Positions 51,285 through 64,000 of a DNA stretch of 64,000 nucleotides are shown here, one piece after another (position 1 is the first letter of the stretch; the number at the start of each line of letters is the position of its first letter). The notes beneath the pieces are model-generated. The model was not told the DNA's origin. It worked only from the letters and a program-made list of their open reading frames with translations, and did not search any database. Both the position numbers and the translations under genes were made by a program. Source of the stretch: Octopus sinensis (lineage: Eukaryota); NCBI RefSeq assembly GCF_006345805.1, contig NC_043022.1:10912001-10976000 (forward strand). The letters are read 5' to 3'.

Positions 51285-51545
51285 CTCCGTCGGTTATGAC
51301 GACGAGGGTTCCAGTTGATCCGATCAACGGAACAGCCTCCTTGTGAAATTAACGTGTAAGGGGCTGAGCACTCCACAGACATGTGTACCCTTAACGTAGT
51401 TCTCGGGGATATTCAGCGTGACACAGAGAGTGACAAGGCTGGCCCCTTGAAATATAGGTACAACAGAAACAGGAAGTAAGAGTGAGAGAAAGTTGTGGTG
51501 AAAGAGTACAGCAGGGATCACCATCATTCCCTGCCAGAATAAAGG
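51285..51545. mobile_element. CpG-retaining dispersed repeat with hairpin gttcc-a-gttgatc-c-gatcaac-ggaac (probable SINE/LINE end)
   Basis: High GC/CpG content relative to flanks, plus a stem-loop. Resembles a common cephalopod repeat from memory; family not assigned. Confidence 0.45.
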
Positions 51546-54500
51546 GACATTAACCACTAATGAACTGGAAGAATTTTAACCACTGGTTTTCTTTGCCTTT
51601 GAGAGTGGAAAATTAGGGTTAGCGCTAAAACTGAAGTTGAATAATTGATTTGATGTGGGAGCATGATAGGGTTAGAAACCAACTTAGCAAGTTGAACAAG
51701 GGAGTAAAAATGTGTGACAGGAAGGTAAATGAATACATCTGTCAACTAACCACATAATGAGATACAGAAAAGGTAGTGACATATTTCCTTATTATCATTA
51801 CGGTAAATAATGGCAATCTTCTGAACTTAATTTTAAAATACAAAATTCCTTTAGGGACAAATGCCTGCTGGTTTTCATTTAATGCTAACAACTGGTTAGA
51901 ATGAACATGTGCAAACTGAAACCAGTTCACCATTGGATGTAACCAAATACCACTTGGAACTCTACAACAATTTGCTGATACTTCAAGAAATTTTCTTGGT
52001 AATACTAGAGATCATCATCATCATTTAACATTAGTTGTCTATGCTGGCATGATTTGGACAGTTTGACCAGGGCTGGCAAGTTGGAAGGCTGCACCAGACT
52101 ACAATCTGATTTGGCATGGTTTCTACAGCTGGATGCCTTTCTAATGCCAATAACTCTGAGTGTAATGGGTGGTTTTGCATGCCACCGGCACAGGTACCAT
52201 TTGCATAACACCAGTATCTGCCATGACAGCAATTTTACTTGGCTTGATGGGTCTCCTTCTCAAGCACGACATAATGCCAAAGTTTTGTTCATTTGTCATT
52301 GCTACCATGAGGCCCAACATTCATAATGAGCTTTTCTATGTTCCACTGGGGCTTTTTACATGCCATTTATGTGCCATTTATGTGACACCAGCATCAGCCA
52401 TGACTATGATTTCACTTGGCTTGATGGGTTCTCTCAAGCACAGCATATTGCCAATGGTCTCAGTCACTAGTTATTGCCTCTGTGAGACCCAAAGTTCAAA
52501 GATCGTGCTTCACCACTTTGTCCCATGCCTTACTGGGTCTACCTCTACTACATGTTCTCTCCACAGTTAGAGATTGGCACTTCTTCACACAGCTGTCCCT
52601 GTCCATACGCATGTTCTCAGCTGTCACAGCCCATGTTTCACTGCTGTGTAGCATAGCTGTTCACACATGGGCATCATACAATCTGCCTTTCACCCTGATG
52701 GAGTGGCCCTTTATTGGTAGCAGAGGTAGGAGCTCTGAACTTTGCTCAACCTAATCTTATTCTCACAGCTATGCTCTCAGAGAATCCACCTCTGTTACTA
52801 ACATGGCTGCCTAGATAACAGAAGCTATCTACTACCTCTAGCTTAACCCATTATCAGTTGATGGAGTCTATTTTCTGTACATTTTTGGTGTTTATTGTAT
52901 CTGTGCATCTTCCACACTATTTTCTATGTTAACCTTCCTGATATTGCTGCACCTCATGCCCATAGCTTACACCGGGTACATCTTATGAAGCTTCTATCTA
53001 CGTCTTTTCTATAGATCAAGAATGCCATCTACCTGAAGGGATTTGTGATTTGACTGCCTTCCTACTTACTAAGACTTTGGTTTTTGCTAGGTTATTTACT
53101 AAGACTTTGGTTTTGATAATTTGAAAAATAAATTATTATGATTATGTAATACTGATTGAATGGTTGAAATAGTTTGATTTAAACATAAAATACTGAAAGA
53201 TTTTTTATATCAATTTGGTATATGAATCATATGAAAAAGTAGATGAATTGATACCCTAAGCTAATCTGTCAGAAACTTATAAAGCCAGTGTTTAGCTCCA
53301 TTTCCCTTGTATTTGTAAGATATATGTATTCCTATAACATCTGCTAACAATTTCCTATCACAGCTAGATTAATTGATGCTTTTAAATTTTAGTGCTATTC
53401 ACTGCAGTAGGCTTGGCTTTAGCATTCTTGTATTGGTTGTCTAAAACTTTATCCAACAAGCTCTTCAAAACTGATATTACGTGTACCAGCCTAAACTCAA
53501 TGTATCTCTCCCCTGCTGTCTCTCATCTGCTGATTCACATTCCACAAGTGTTTTATAATCAAGGCCACATGTTACATATCTTGCTGAATACTTCTCACTT
53601 ATGAAGTTTCATCTCCTTAGACTTCCCAATCTATCTGCATACAATTTCAATTCAACTATTAACCCTCATCTGTCCAAATTGACTGTGAGACATGCTAACA
53701 TATCTTTCTTATCCCTTTGATACTGTTTAAGAAAATCAGATAGGAAAAAAAAACTGTCGAGTTTCTTATGCTTGCATGTGAATGGGAGAAGAGTTTTGGA
53801 CAAAGTCGTATGAGGAGTGAAGAAAAATTCTCTTTGTTTTTAGTTCATGTGAATATAGACACAGTGGAGAATGACAGGAAATGGTATAGAATTTCCTGTC
53901 ATTCTATGACACATGGATGACAAGGAAGAGGTTGAAGAAAGAAGTGGGGGAGTTAGAGCAGAGAAATTTTTGTTGGCTAGGTCAGTGACCATTGCAAACA
54001 ACTTGCATTGTTATATTATTATTATTGATATATATGTCAGTTACACACGTAACCATAACAGTTAAAGCATTCTTATAGAAGTATTTGGCTGTCTCCTAAG
54101 TTACGAATCTTATGACAACTGCACATACAAATCAATCTTTTTCAATTGTGGATCCTTTGAAACTATAATTTTTAGAGTAGCAGCAACTTAGATGCAGCAG
54201 CACAGATGACCAGAAAATCATGACTGCTACAGCCAAAGCTGCACCTTATATGTGAGGAAACTGGAAGTGTTTTTAATTCCTCATTGCAGATATTCATGAT
54301 ACCCTAATTATCACAACAACAATGGCTGTCTCTGAGATCCAAGATCCATGAGCCATATTGTAAGAGAAAATATCTATGCAATGAAGTTTTATAATAGTGT
54401 TGAGCATAAGTGCATTTCCCAGTATCACTTTCTTTGTTGTGAAAGAGATGGACTGAAGATGATTAGTTCCTCCTGCTAGAAATCCTGTCAACCAAAAATC

Positions 54501-55552
54501 TCAAAGCTGACTGTCACAGCTTGTTTTTCTCCGATGGTGTAATCCCATAGGTTTTGCCTTCTTGTACTCACCCAGAAGTTAGCACAGTAGTGCAAATACA
54601 TCAAATATGTTGCACCCACCATAGCTAAGGAGCTCTATCTTTACCTCTCCAAGACAGATATCCTAACAAGAAAAAGGGACCCATCACTTGGTTGTTCCCC
54701 AACTTGAATTATTCCAATGTGCCCATTCACTATTCCAAGAGAGGCACTGACTCTATGTATAGAGTTCATCCATTATTGTAGCAGATCTTGCTTTCGTACT
54801 GCTTGGTTTCCAGCAACCTTCCTCACAAGCTGTCCTGGTGGTGCTGCTTATTTAGTTGTTGACAATTCAATCATACTGTCTAACAGGTTACACTGAATTA
54901 CACATACAAACACACATACACACATACAGTACTTACAACATGACAGGACTCCACACAGTTTCCTTTAACTATCTTCTACTTATAAGATATTAGTGAACCT
55001 GAACTATGATAGAAGACACTTGCTCAAGGTACCCTTCAGTGATATCAAACACAGAACCATATGTAGTGAAGCAAACTTCATAGCCACACAATCATGTACC
55101 TCCTATATAAACTGACGTTGCTTATCTTTGGGACCATGCATACTCATTAGTTTCTGCTGTTAATCTTTACACACAACATCTACACCCATTACTGATTTCA
55201 ATATGAAAGGAAATATCTTTCACCAAATATTACCTGTTGTTAAGACTTCTATTGGAAGGCAACAGCAAAATCAAAAGATTAGATGTGCTCTAAGGATGCT
55301 TTACATTTGAACAACATTATTACATGAAAACAATCATAATGTCATCAGGTAATTGTTGTAGAATTAACATGTAATTAATTAATGTGTGTGTTTTTAGAAA
55401 ATTATTTTTTCTTTACATCAAACATACTTAAATAAGCTGAAAAAGATCAATAAATAATGTTTTGCATATCAAAGTTTTTTCTTTTTTTGTGCATATATCT
55501 ATAACCTAGGCCTCATTAGGCTAATATCAAAAACAAAAAAAAAATAAAATAC

Positions 55553-55674
55553 CTGTTTTCTAGTATTATAGTATCCTGATACAGCTTGTCATAAAGACAG
55601 ATTTTCATATCCATTGAAGTTTGTAAAATTTGAACAAGAATATCACTTGCAACTCCAATGAGCTTCACAGGGAT
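55553..55674 (-). CDS. CFAP74: CFAP74 coding exon 1 of 14 in window (IPVKLIGVASDILVQILQTSMDMKICLYDKLYQDTIILEN)
   Basis: Acceptor gttcag| at 55676-55675, donor |gtattt at 55552. 122 nt, phase 0 to 2. Resembles recalled CFAP74 segment VDLKICMYDRLYQDSV. Confidence 0.9.
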
Positions 55675-56019
55675 CTGAACAATAGAAACATTCCAAAAAT
55701 TCATTGAATTAAGGCAGACAAAGATGAGCATAAAATTGCATATTATATTATGAGATTAGAAATATCAAAATATACTTTATTTGATACTAGTATATCTGTT
55801 TTCATTTGATACTGATCTATCTACTTATATTTGATATTAGTGTATCTGTTTGTATTTCAAACTGTGCATACACACACACACACATACATACATATATATA
55901 TTTATGTATGTATGAATCAAAATAGTTTGATTCAAATTCCTTGGTACTTTAAGTTTCAAAGCGTGATGCTAATCCTCAGTCATTGGAAATTTGAATGAGA
56001 GATCAGTTGGAGAAAGTCA

Positions 56020-56282
56020 AAATGTTATTTCTCACATTTTCCATTGTGATATGGTCATTATTAAACTCATAAAGCAAAATATGCACCTTTATCACTTCCA
56101 TTATAGCTTTGAAAAAATAACTTAAAATTGAACTGTACTCTTCGAAACTTGCACTAAGAATAAGAACAAGGTAAAATTACCACCTACTTGTATAGCAAGT
56201 TGATGCAGGTAGTTTATCCCATCCTCCTCCAACTTTTAGTTCATGCAGTTGCAAAAGCTGCATTATTTATGGGACAATCCAA
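56020..56282 (-). mobile_element. 5' end of the same mariner family
   Basis: Similar to 7200-7391. TIR gcattatttatgggacaatccaa is followed by (TA)n. Confidence 0.78.
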
Positions 56283-56322
56283 TATATATATATATATATA
56301 TATTTATGTGTGTTGTATTTTG

Positions 56323-56745
56323 TTAACCAGCTGGAAAAATATGTCTTTCTGGGGTTAAAATGTAGTAATATTGTTCTGCATGGAACAACCATGTAAAAGT
56401 GGCAACAAACATTACTGTTTAGTACTGTTACAATGTGAATCTTCTTCACAGATTTTAAAATTTAGCTTGTTGAAAGATCTTTGTTTATATATTGCAAGTG
56501 GGGAAGAATAGCTGCCATCTCTGGCAGGCAGGTGTCCAGTACTGAGGAAGGTTATGCACCCAGAAACCAGCTGGTCTGCTGGTCTTGCCACGCTGAAGTG
56601 GGAATGATTCACTACTTTACTCGCAATATAACAAACAAAAGTTGTGTGTCATTAACCAGCTGGAAAGGATGTTTTCCTGGGGTTAAATTGTACTAAGATT
56701 GTTCTGCAAGGAACAGCCACATAAAAGTGGAAACAAATATTACTG
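56323..56745 (+). mobile_element. Partial tandem (about 1.3 units, 329-nt period) hammerhead unit, retrozyme/pLTR-like
   Basis: ~95-bp direct repeats at 56323-56417 and 56652-56745 bracket one hammerhead. The unit is flanked by (TA)n on both sides. Confidence 0.6.
56536..56582 (+). ncRNA. Type-I hammerhead ribozyme candidate in a retrozyme-like unit
   Basis: CCAGTA CTGAGGA aggttatgcaccca GAAA CCAGCTGG TC TGCTGG. Stem I 6 bp, perfect palindromic stem III ACCAGCTGGT, GUC triplet. Stem II is weak (2-3 bp, with an A before G12). Confidence 0.6.
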
Positions 56746-56864
56746 CATATATATATATACATACATATATATATACATATATAATACATATATATATACA
56801 TATATATACATATATATATACATATAATATATATACTATATATATATATACATATATTATATAC

Positions 56865-56895
<31 letters not shown>

Positions 56896-57191
56896 CATAT
56901 AACATATATATACACATATATATACACATATATATACACACATATATATACACATATATATACACATATATATACAACATATATATACTATATATATAAT
57001 ATAACACATATATATACACATATATACACATATATATGCACATATATATACAAATATATAGCACATATATATACACATATATATACACATATAATACAAA
57101 TATATATACACATATATATACATATATATACATATATATACACATATATATACATATATACATATATATACATATATATACATATATATAC

Positions 57192-57222
<31 letters not shown>

Positions 57223-57573
57223 CATATATAATATACATATATATACATATATATATACATATATATTAACATATATATATATACATACATATATTATATA
57301 TATACATATATATATATATATCATACATATATATATATATATACACATATATATATATATCATACATATATATATATATACATATAATATATATATATAC
57401 ATATATATATACATATATATAACATATAATATATATATACATATATATATATACATATATATATATACATATATATATATACATATATTATATATACATA
57501 TAATATATAATATATATATATATACATATATATACATATATAACATATATATACATATATTACATATATTATC

Positions 57574-57604
<31 letters not shown>

Positions 57605-57650
57605 CATATATATTATATATATATATACATATATGTATATATATATATAT

Positions 57651-57688
<38 letters not shown>

Positions 57689-57693
57689 TATAC

Positions 57694-57772
<79 letters not shown>

Positions 57773-57781
57773 CTACATATC

Positions 57782-57828
<47 letters not shown>

Positions 57829-57833
57829 CAATA

Positions 57834-57867
<34 letters not shown>

Positions 57868-57913
57868 AGATATATACATATATATATATATACATATATA
57901 TTATATATATACA

Positions 57914-57947
<34 letters not shown>

Positions 57948-58010
57948 CATTATATATATATATATACACTATATATATATACACATATATATATATACAT
58001 ATAATATATA

Positions 58011-58228
58011 ATTAGTGAATGGAAGAAATGGAGTTGAACGAAGATTGTACAGAATTCCTTTTATTACATTCTACACATGTTTCAAAGGCCACAATTTTTC
58101 AAATTCTGATTAAATAAGGATACCATATTGCAGCTTTCTCTTCAGGAAAACTAGAATTACGTTGTCAGAACAAACAAAACAGAGGGCAGCAAAGCAATTC
58201 GAACGAGGACGCTCCTTAAGAGCCCATG
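58011..58228 (+). repeat. (TA)n-embedded repeat family, copy 2
   Basis: Colinear with the reverse complement of 63003-63230. Flanked by TA arrays. Confidence 0.75.
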
Positions 58229-58416
58229 TGTATATATATATATGTATGTATATATATATGTATGTATATATATATGTATGTATATATATATATCATATAT
58301 ATACATATATATACATATATATATATACATATATATATATACATATATATATATACATATATATATACATATATATATACATATATATACATATATATAT
58401 ACATATATATATATAC

Positions 58417-58447
<31 letters not shown>

Positions 58448-58452
58448 CATAC

Positions 58453-58507
<55 letters not shown>

Positions 58508-60248
58508 CATATATATATATACACATATATATATACACATATATATATACACATATATATATACAAATATATATAGATACACATATATATATAGATACAC
58601 ATATATATAGAACATACATATAGATACACATATATAGATACACATATATAGATACACAAATATATAGATACATATACCTTATACATATACATATAATACA
58701 TATATACAATATATACTATATATATATATACATATATATATACACATATATATACACATATATATATACATATATATATATACATATATATATATACATC
58801 TATATATATACACTATATATATACACATAATATATACACATATATATATACACATATATATATACCATATATAAATATACACATATATATATACACATAT
58901 TATATACACATATATATATACATATATATATTACACATATATATATATACATATTATATATACATATATATATAACATTATATATATATATATATACATA
59001 TATATATTATATATAATATACATATATATATATACATATATATATATACATATATATATATACATATATATATATACTATATATATACATATATATATAT
59101 ACATATATATATACATATATATATATATATACATATATATATATCTATACATATATATATATATACATATATATATACACATATATATATATACACATAT
59201 ATATATACACATATATATATATACATATATATATATACATATATATATATACATATATATATACATAATATATATACATATATATGTATATATATTATAC
59301 ATATATATATATACATATATATATATACACATATATATATATACACACATATATATATACACATATATATATATATATACACATATATATATATATATAC
59401 ATATATTATATATATTATATATATACATATATATATATATACATATATATAACATACATATTATATACATATATATATATACATATATATATACATATAT
59501 ATATATACATATATATATATATACATATATATATATACATATATAATAATACATATATATATATACATATATATATAACACATATATATATATACATATA
59601 TATATATACATATATATATACCTATGTATATGCATATATATATATATACATATATATATACCATATATATAATATATATATTATACATATATATAATACA
59701 TATATACATATACATATATATATATACATATATATATATACATATATACATATACATATATAATATATACATATATATATATATACATTATATATATATA
59801 CATATATTATATATACATATATATATATATACATATATATATATACCATATATATATAATACATATATATATATACATATATATATATACATATATATAT
59901 ATATACATATATTAGATACACATATATATATATACATATATATATATACATATATATATCTATATATACATATATATAGATACATATATATAGATACTAT
60001 ATATATATATATATATATACATATATATATACACATATATATATATACATATATATATATACATATATATAGATACATAATATATATATACATATATATA
60101 TATATACATATATATATATACATATATATATATACATATATATATATACATATATATATATACATATTATATATACATATATATATATACATATATATAT
60201 ATACATATATATATATACATATATATATATATACATATATATATATAC

Positions 60249-60279
<31 letters not shown>

Positions 60280-60630
60280 CATATATATATACATATATAT
60301 ATACATACATATATATATACATATATATATACATACATATATATATACATATATATATACATACATATATATATATATATACATATATATATACACATAT
60401 ATATATATATATACATACATATATATATATACATATATATATATACATATATATACACATATATATATACACATATATATATACACCTATATATATATAT
60501 ACACATATATATATACACATATATATATATACACATATATATATACACATATATATATAAACATATATATATACATATATATATACCTATATATATTACA
60601 TATATATATACAATACATATATATATACAA

Positions 60631-60668
<38 letters not shown>

Positions 60669-60744
60669 CATATATATATATATACATACATATATAACAT
60701 ATTATATATATACATACATATATATACATATATATATATACATA

Positions 60745-60782
<38 letters not shown>

Positions 60783-60783
60783 C

Positions 60784-60828
<45 letters not shown>

Positions 60829-60866
60829 CATATATATATATACATACATATATATATATACATACA

Positions 60867-60898
<32 letters not shown>

Positions 60899-61381
60899 CA
60901 TACATATATACACATATATATATACACATATATATATACACATATATATTACACATATATATATACACATATATATATACACCATATATATAATATACAT
61001 ATATATATACATATATATATACATATGTATATACTATACATATATATACATATATATATATACATACATATACGACATACATATATACATACATCATATA
61101 TATACATACATATATATACATATATATTATATACATATATATATATACATATATATATTACATATATATATATACATATATAATAATACATATATATATA
61201 TACATATATATATACATATATATATATACATATATATATACATATTATATATACATATATATATATAACATATATATATACATATATATATATACATATA
61301 TATATATACACATATATATACACATATATATATACACATATATATATACACTATATATATATACACATTATATATACACAC

Positions 61382-61412
<31 letters not shown>

Positions 61413-62075
61413 CATATATATATATACATATATATATACATATATATATATACATATATATATACATAATATATATATACATATATATATATATATACAT
61501 ATATATATACATATATATATTACATATATATATATAACATATATATATATACATATTATATACAAATATCTATATACATATATATATATAATATATACAT
61601 ATATTAATACATATATATAGTACATATATATATATACATATAATATATACATATATATATACCTATATATCATATATAATATATATACATATATATATAT
61701 ACATATATATATCTATACATATATATATATATACAAATATATATATGCACATATATATATAACATATATATAGATACACATATATATAGATACACATATA
61801 TTAGATACCATATATATAGATACACATAATAGATAAACATATATACTAGATACACATATATATTAGATACACATATATAGATACCATATATAGAAACACA
61901 TATATATAGATACACATATATATAGATATCACATATATAGATACACATATATAGATACACACATATATATATACATATATATATAACATTTATATATAGA
62001 TACATATAATATATACATTATATATTATATATATATACTATATATATATACATATTATATATAACATATATATAT

Positions 62076-62107
<32 letters not shown>

Positions 62108-62494
62108 CATATATATATATACATATATTATACAACTATAATATCAGTTTTTATACATATATATAATATACATATAATATATATACTATATATATACCAT
62201 ATATATATACATATAATATACACATATATATACATATATATATATACATATATATATACTATATATAATACATATATATATATATACATATATATATATA
62301 CATATACACATATACATATATATATAATATAAATAAATATATATACATATATATATCATATATATATATACATATATATATATACTATACATATACATAT
62401 ATAATATATATATATAATTTATACATATATATATACATATATAGATATACACATATATATATACACATATATATATATACACATATATATATAC

Positions 62495-62527
<33 letters not shown>

Positions 62528-62776
62528 CATATATATAATACATTTATATTACATATATATATACATATATATAGATACACATATATATATACATATATAT
62601 ATATATATACATATATATAGATACATATGTATATATACATATATATATATACACATATATATATACATATATATATATACATACATAGTATATATATATA
62701 CATACATATATATAATACATATATATATATACATACATATATATATATACTATATATATATTATATACATATATAT

Positions 62777-63230
62777 GTGAATAGAAAGAAAATGAATAAT
62801 CTTGTAGCAGATTAATCAAAAGTTTAACCGATACCTTGGTAGCAAAAATCACAGCAGAAGACAGCACGGTTGGAGGTACAACCATATGGTGTTGCAACTG
62901 TGCGTTGTGCGATAATTGAAATTAAAATATTATTGGTGAATTGAAGAAATGGAGCTGAACGAAGATTGAACAGAAATCGTTTTATTTCATTCTACAGTTT
63001 TGCCATGGGCTCTTAGGAGCTTAGTTCGATTTGTTTTGCTCCGCCTCTGTTCTGTTTTTGTTTTTTCCAACGGATTTCCTATTTCTTCCTGAAGAGAAAG
63101 ACACAATATGGTCCTCATTATCAATCGGATTTTGGTAAATTGTGCCTTTCGAAACACGTGTAGAATGAATAAAACGATTTCTGTTTCAATCTTCGTTCAG
63201 CTCCATTTCTTCAATTCACCAATAATATTT
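62777..63230. repeat. (TA)n-embedded repeat family, composite copy with 72-bp inverted arms
   Basis: 62777-62830 is the reverse complement of 45355-45408. Arms 62925-62996 and 63159-63230 are near-identical inverted repeats. Confidence 0.78.
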
Positions 63231-63713
63231 CATATACATATATATATATACATATATATATATATACATATACATATATATATATATACATATACATATA
63301 TATATATATACATATACATATATATATACATATACATATATATATACATATACATATATATATATACATATACATATATATATATACATATACATATATA
63401 TATATATACATATACATATTACATATACATATATACATATACATATATATATACATATATACATATACATATATATATACATATATATATATACATATAC
63501 ATATATATATATATACATATATATATACATATATATACATATATATATACATATATATACATATATATATACATATATATACATATATATATACATATAT
63601 ACATATATATATATACATTACATATATATATATACATATAATATATACATATACATATTATATATACATATATATATATACATACATATATATATACATA
63701 CATATATATATAC

Positions 63714-63781
<68 letters not shown>

Positions 63782-64000
63782 AACATATATCTATACATAT
63801 ATATATATACATATATATATATACATATATACATATATATATATACATATATATATATACTATATATATACATATATATAACATATATATATATACATAT
63901 ATAATATAACATATATATATACATATATATATACATATATATATATACATATATATATATACATATATATATATACATATATATATATATACATATATAT

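Larger units (their letters stand above)
56746..64000. repeat. Giant compound (TA)n/(TACA)n microsatellite, interrupted by the two repeat copies above
   Basis: About 6.5 kb of almost pure TA/TACATA/TACACA. Source of the spurious YI-rich ORFs. Confidence 0.97.

Noticed and set aside
51742-51933. ORF with FVPKGILYFKIKF, considered as the CFAP74 exon after 55553
   Set aside because: No fitting splice sites or phase. The exon at 43130-43258 fits both phase and homology.
56652-63978. Dozens of long Y/I/M/C/H-rich ORFs (up to 357 aa), also at 19179-19877 and 22041-22716
   Set aside because: They are translations of TA/CA microsatellites, which lack stop codons in some frames; not genes.

Overview
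Eukaryotic, AT-rich, repeat-dense DNA. The SINE/LINE repertoire and huge (TA)n tracts resemble octopus genomes as I recall them (inference). The window lies entirely inside one minus-strand gene, CFAP74 (cilia/flagella-associated protein 74). I reconstructed 14 consecutive coding exons by hand (55674 down to 158, 1,915 nt). All have GT-AG ends and compatible phases, giving an uninterrupted frame (638 codons + 1 nt) colinear with the C-terminal ASH/Ig-like half of CFAP74 as I recall it. The gene continues beyond both ends. One intron (4543-6150) has full minor-spliceosome (U12) signals. The introns hold a near full-length CR1-type LINE plus three truncated copies, RTE LINE fragments, several Tc1/mariner relics, a hAT-like MITE, many tRNA-derived SINEs and about 7 kb of TA/TACA microsatellite. 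The most interesting signal is invisible to the ORF track: several unrelated repeat families carry type-I hammerhead ribozyme folds. They are a tRNA-headed SINE with an internal hammerhead (21385-21672, reminiscent of Schistosoma Sm-alpha), a Penelope-pLTR-like inverted+tandem array (10955-11765), a 329-nt-period retrozyme-like unit (56323-56745) and a decayed fourth (about 7545-7590). All homology calls are from memory of the families, not from database searches.
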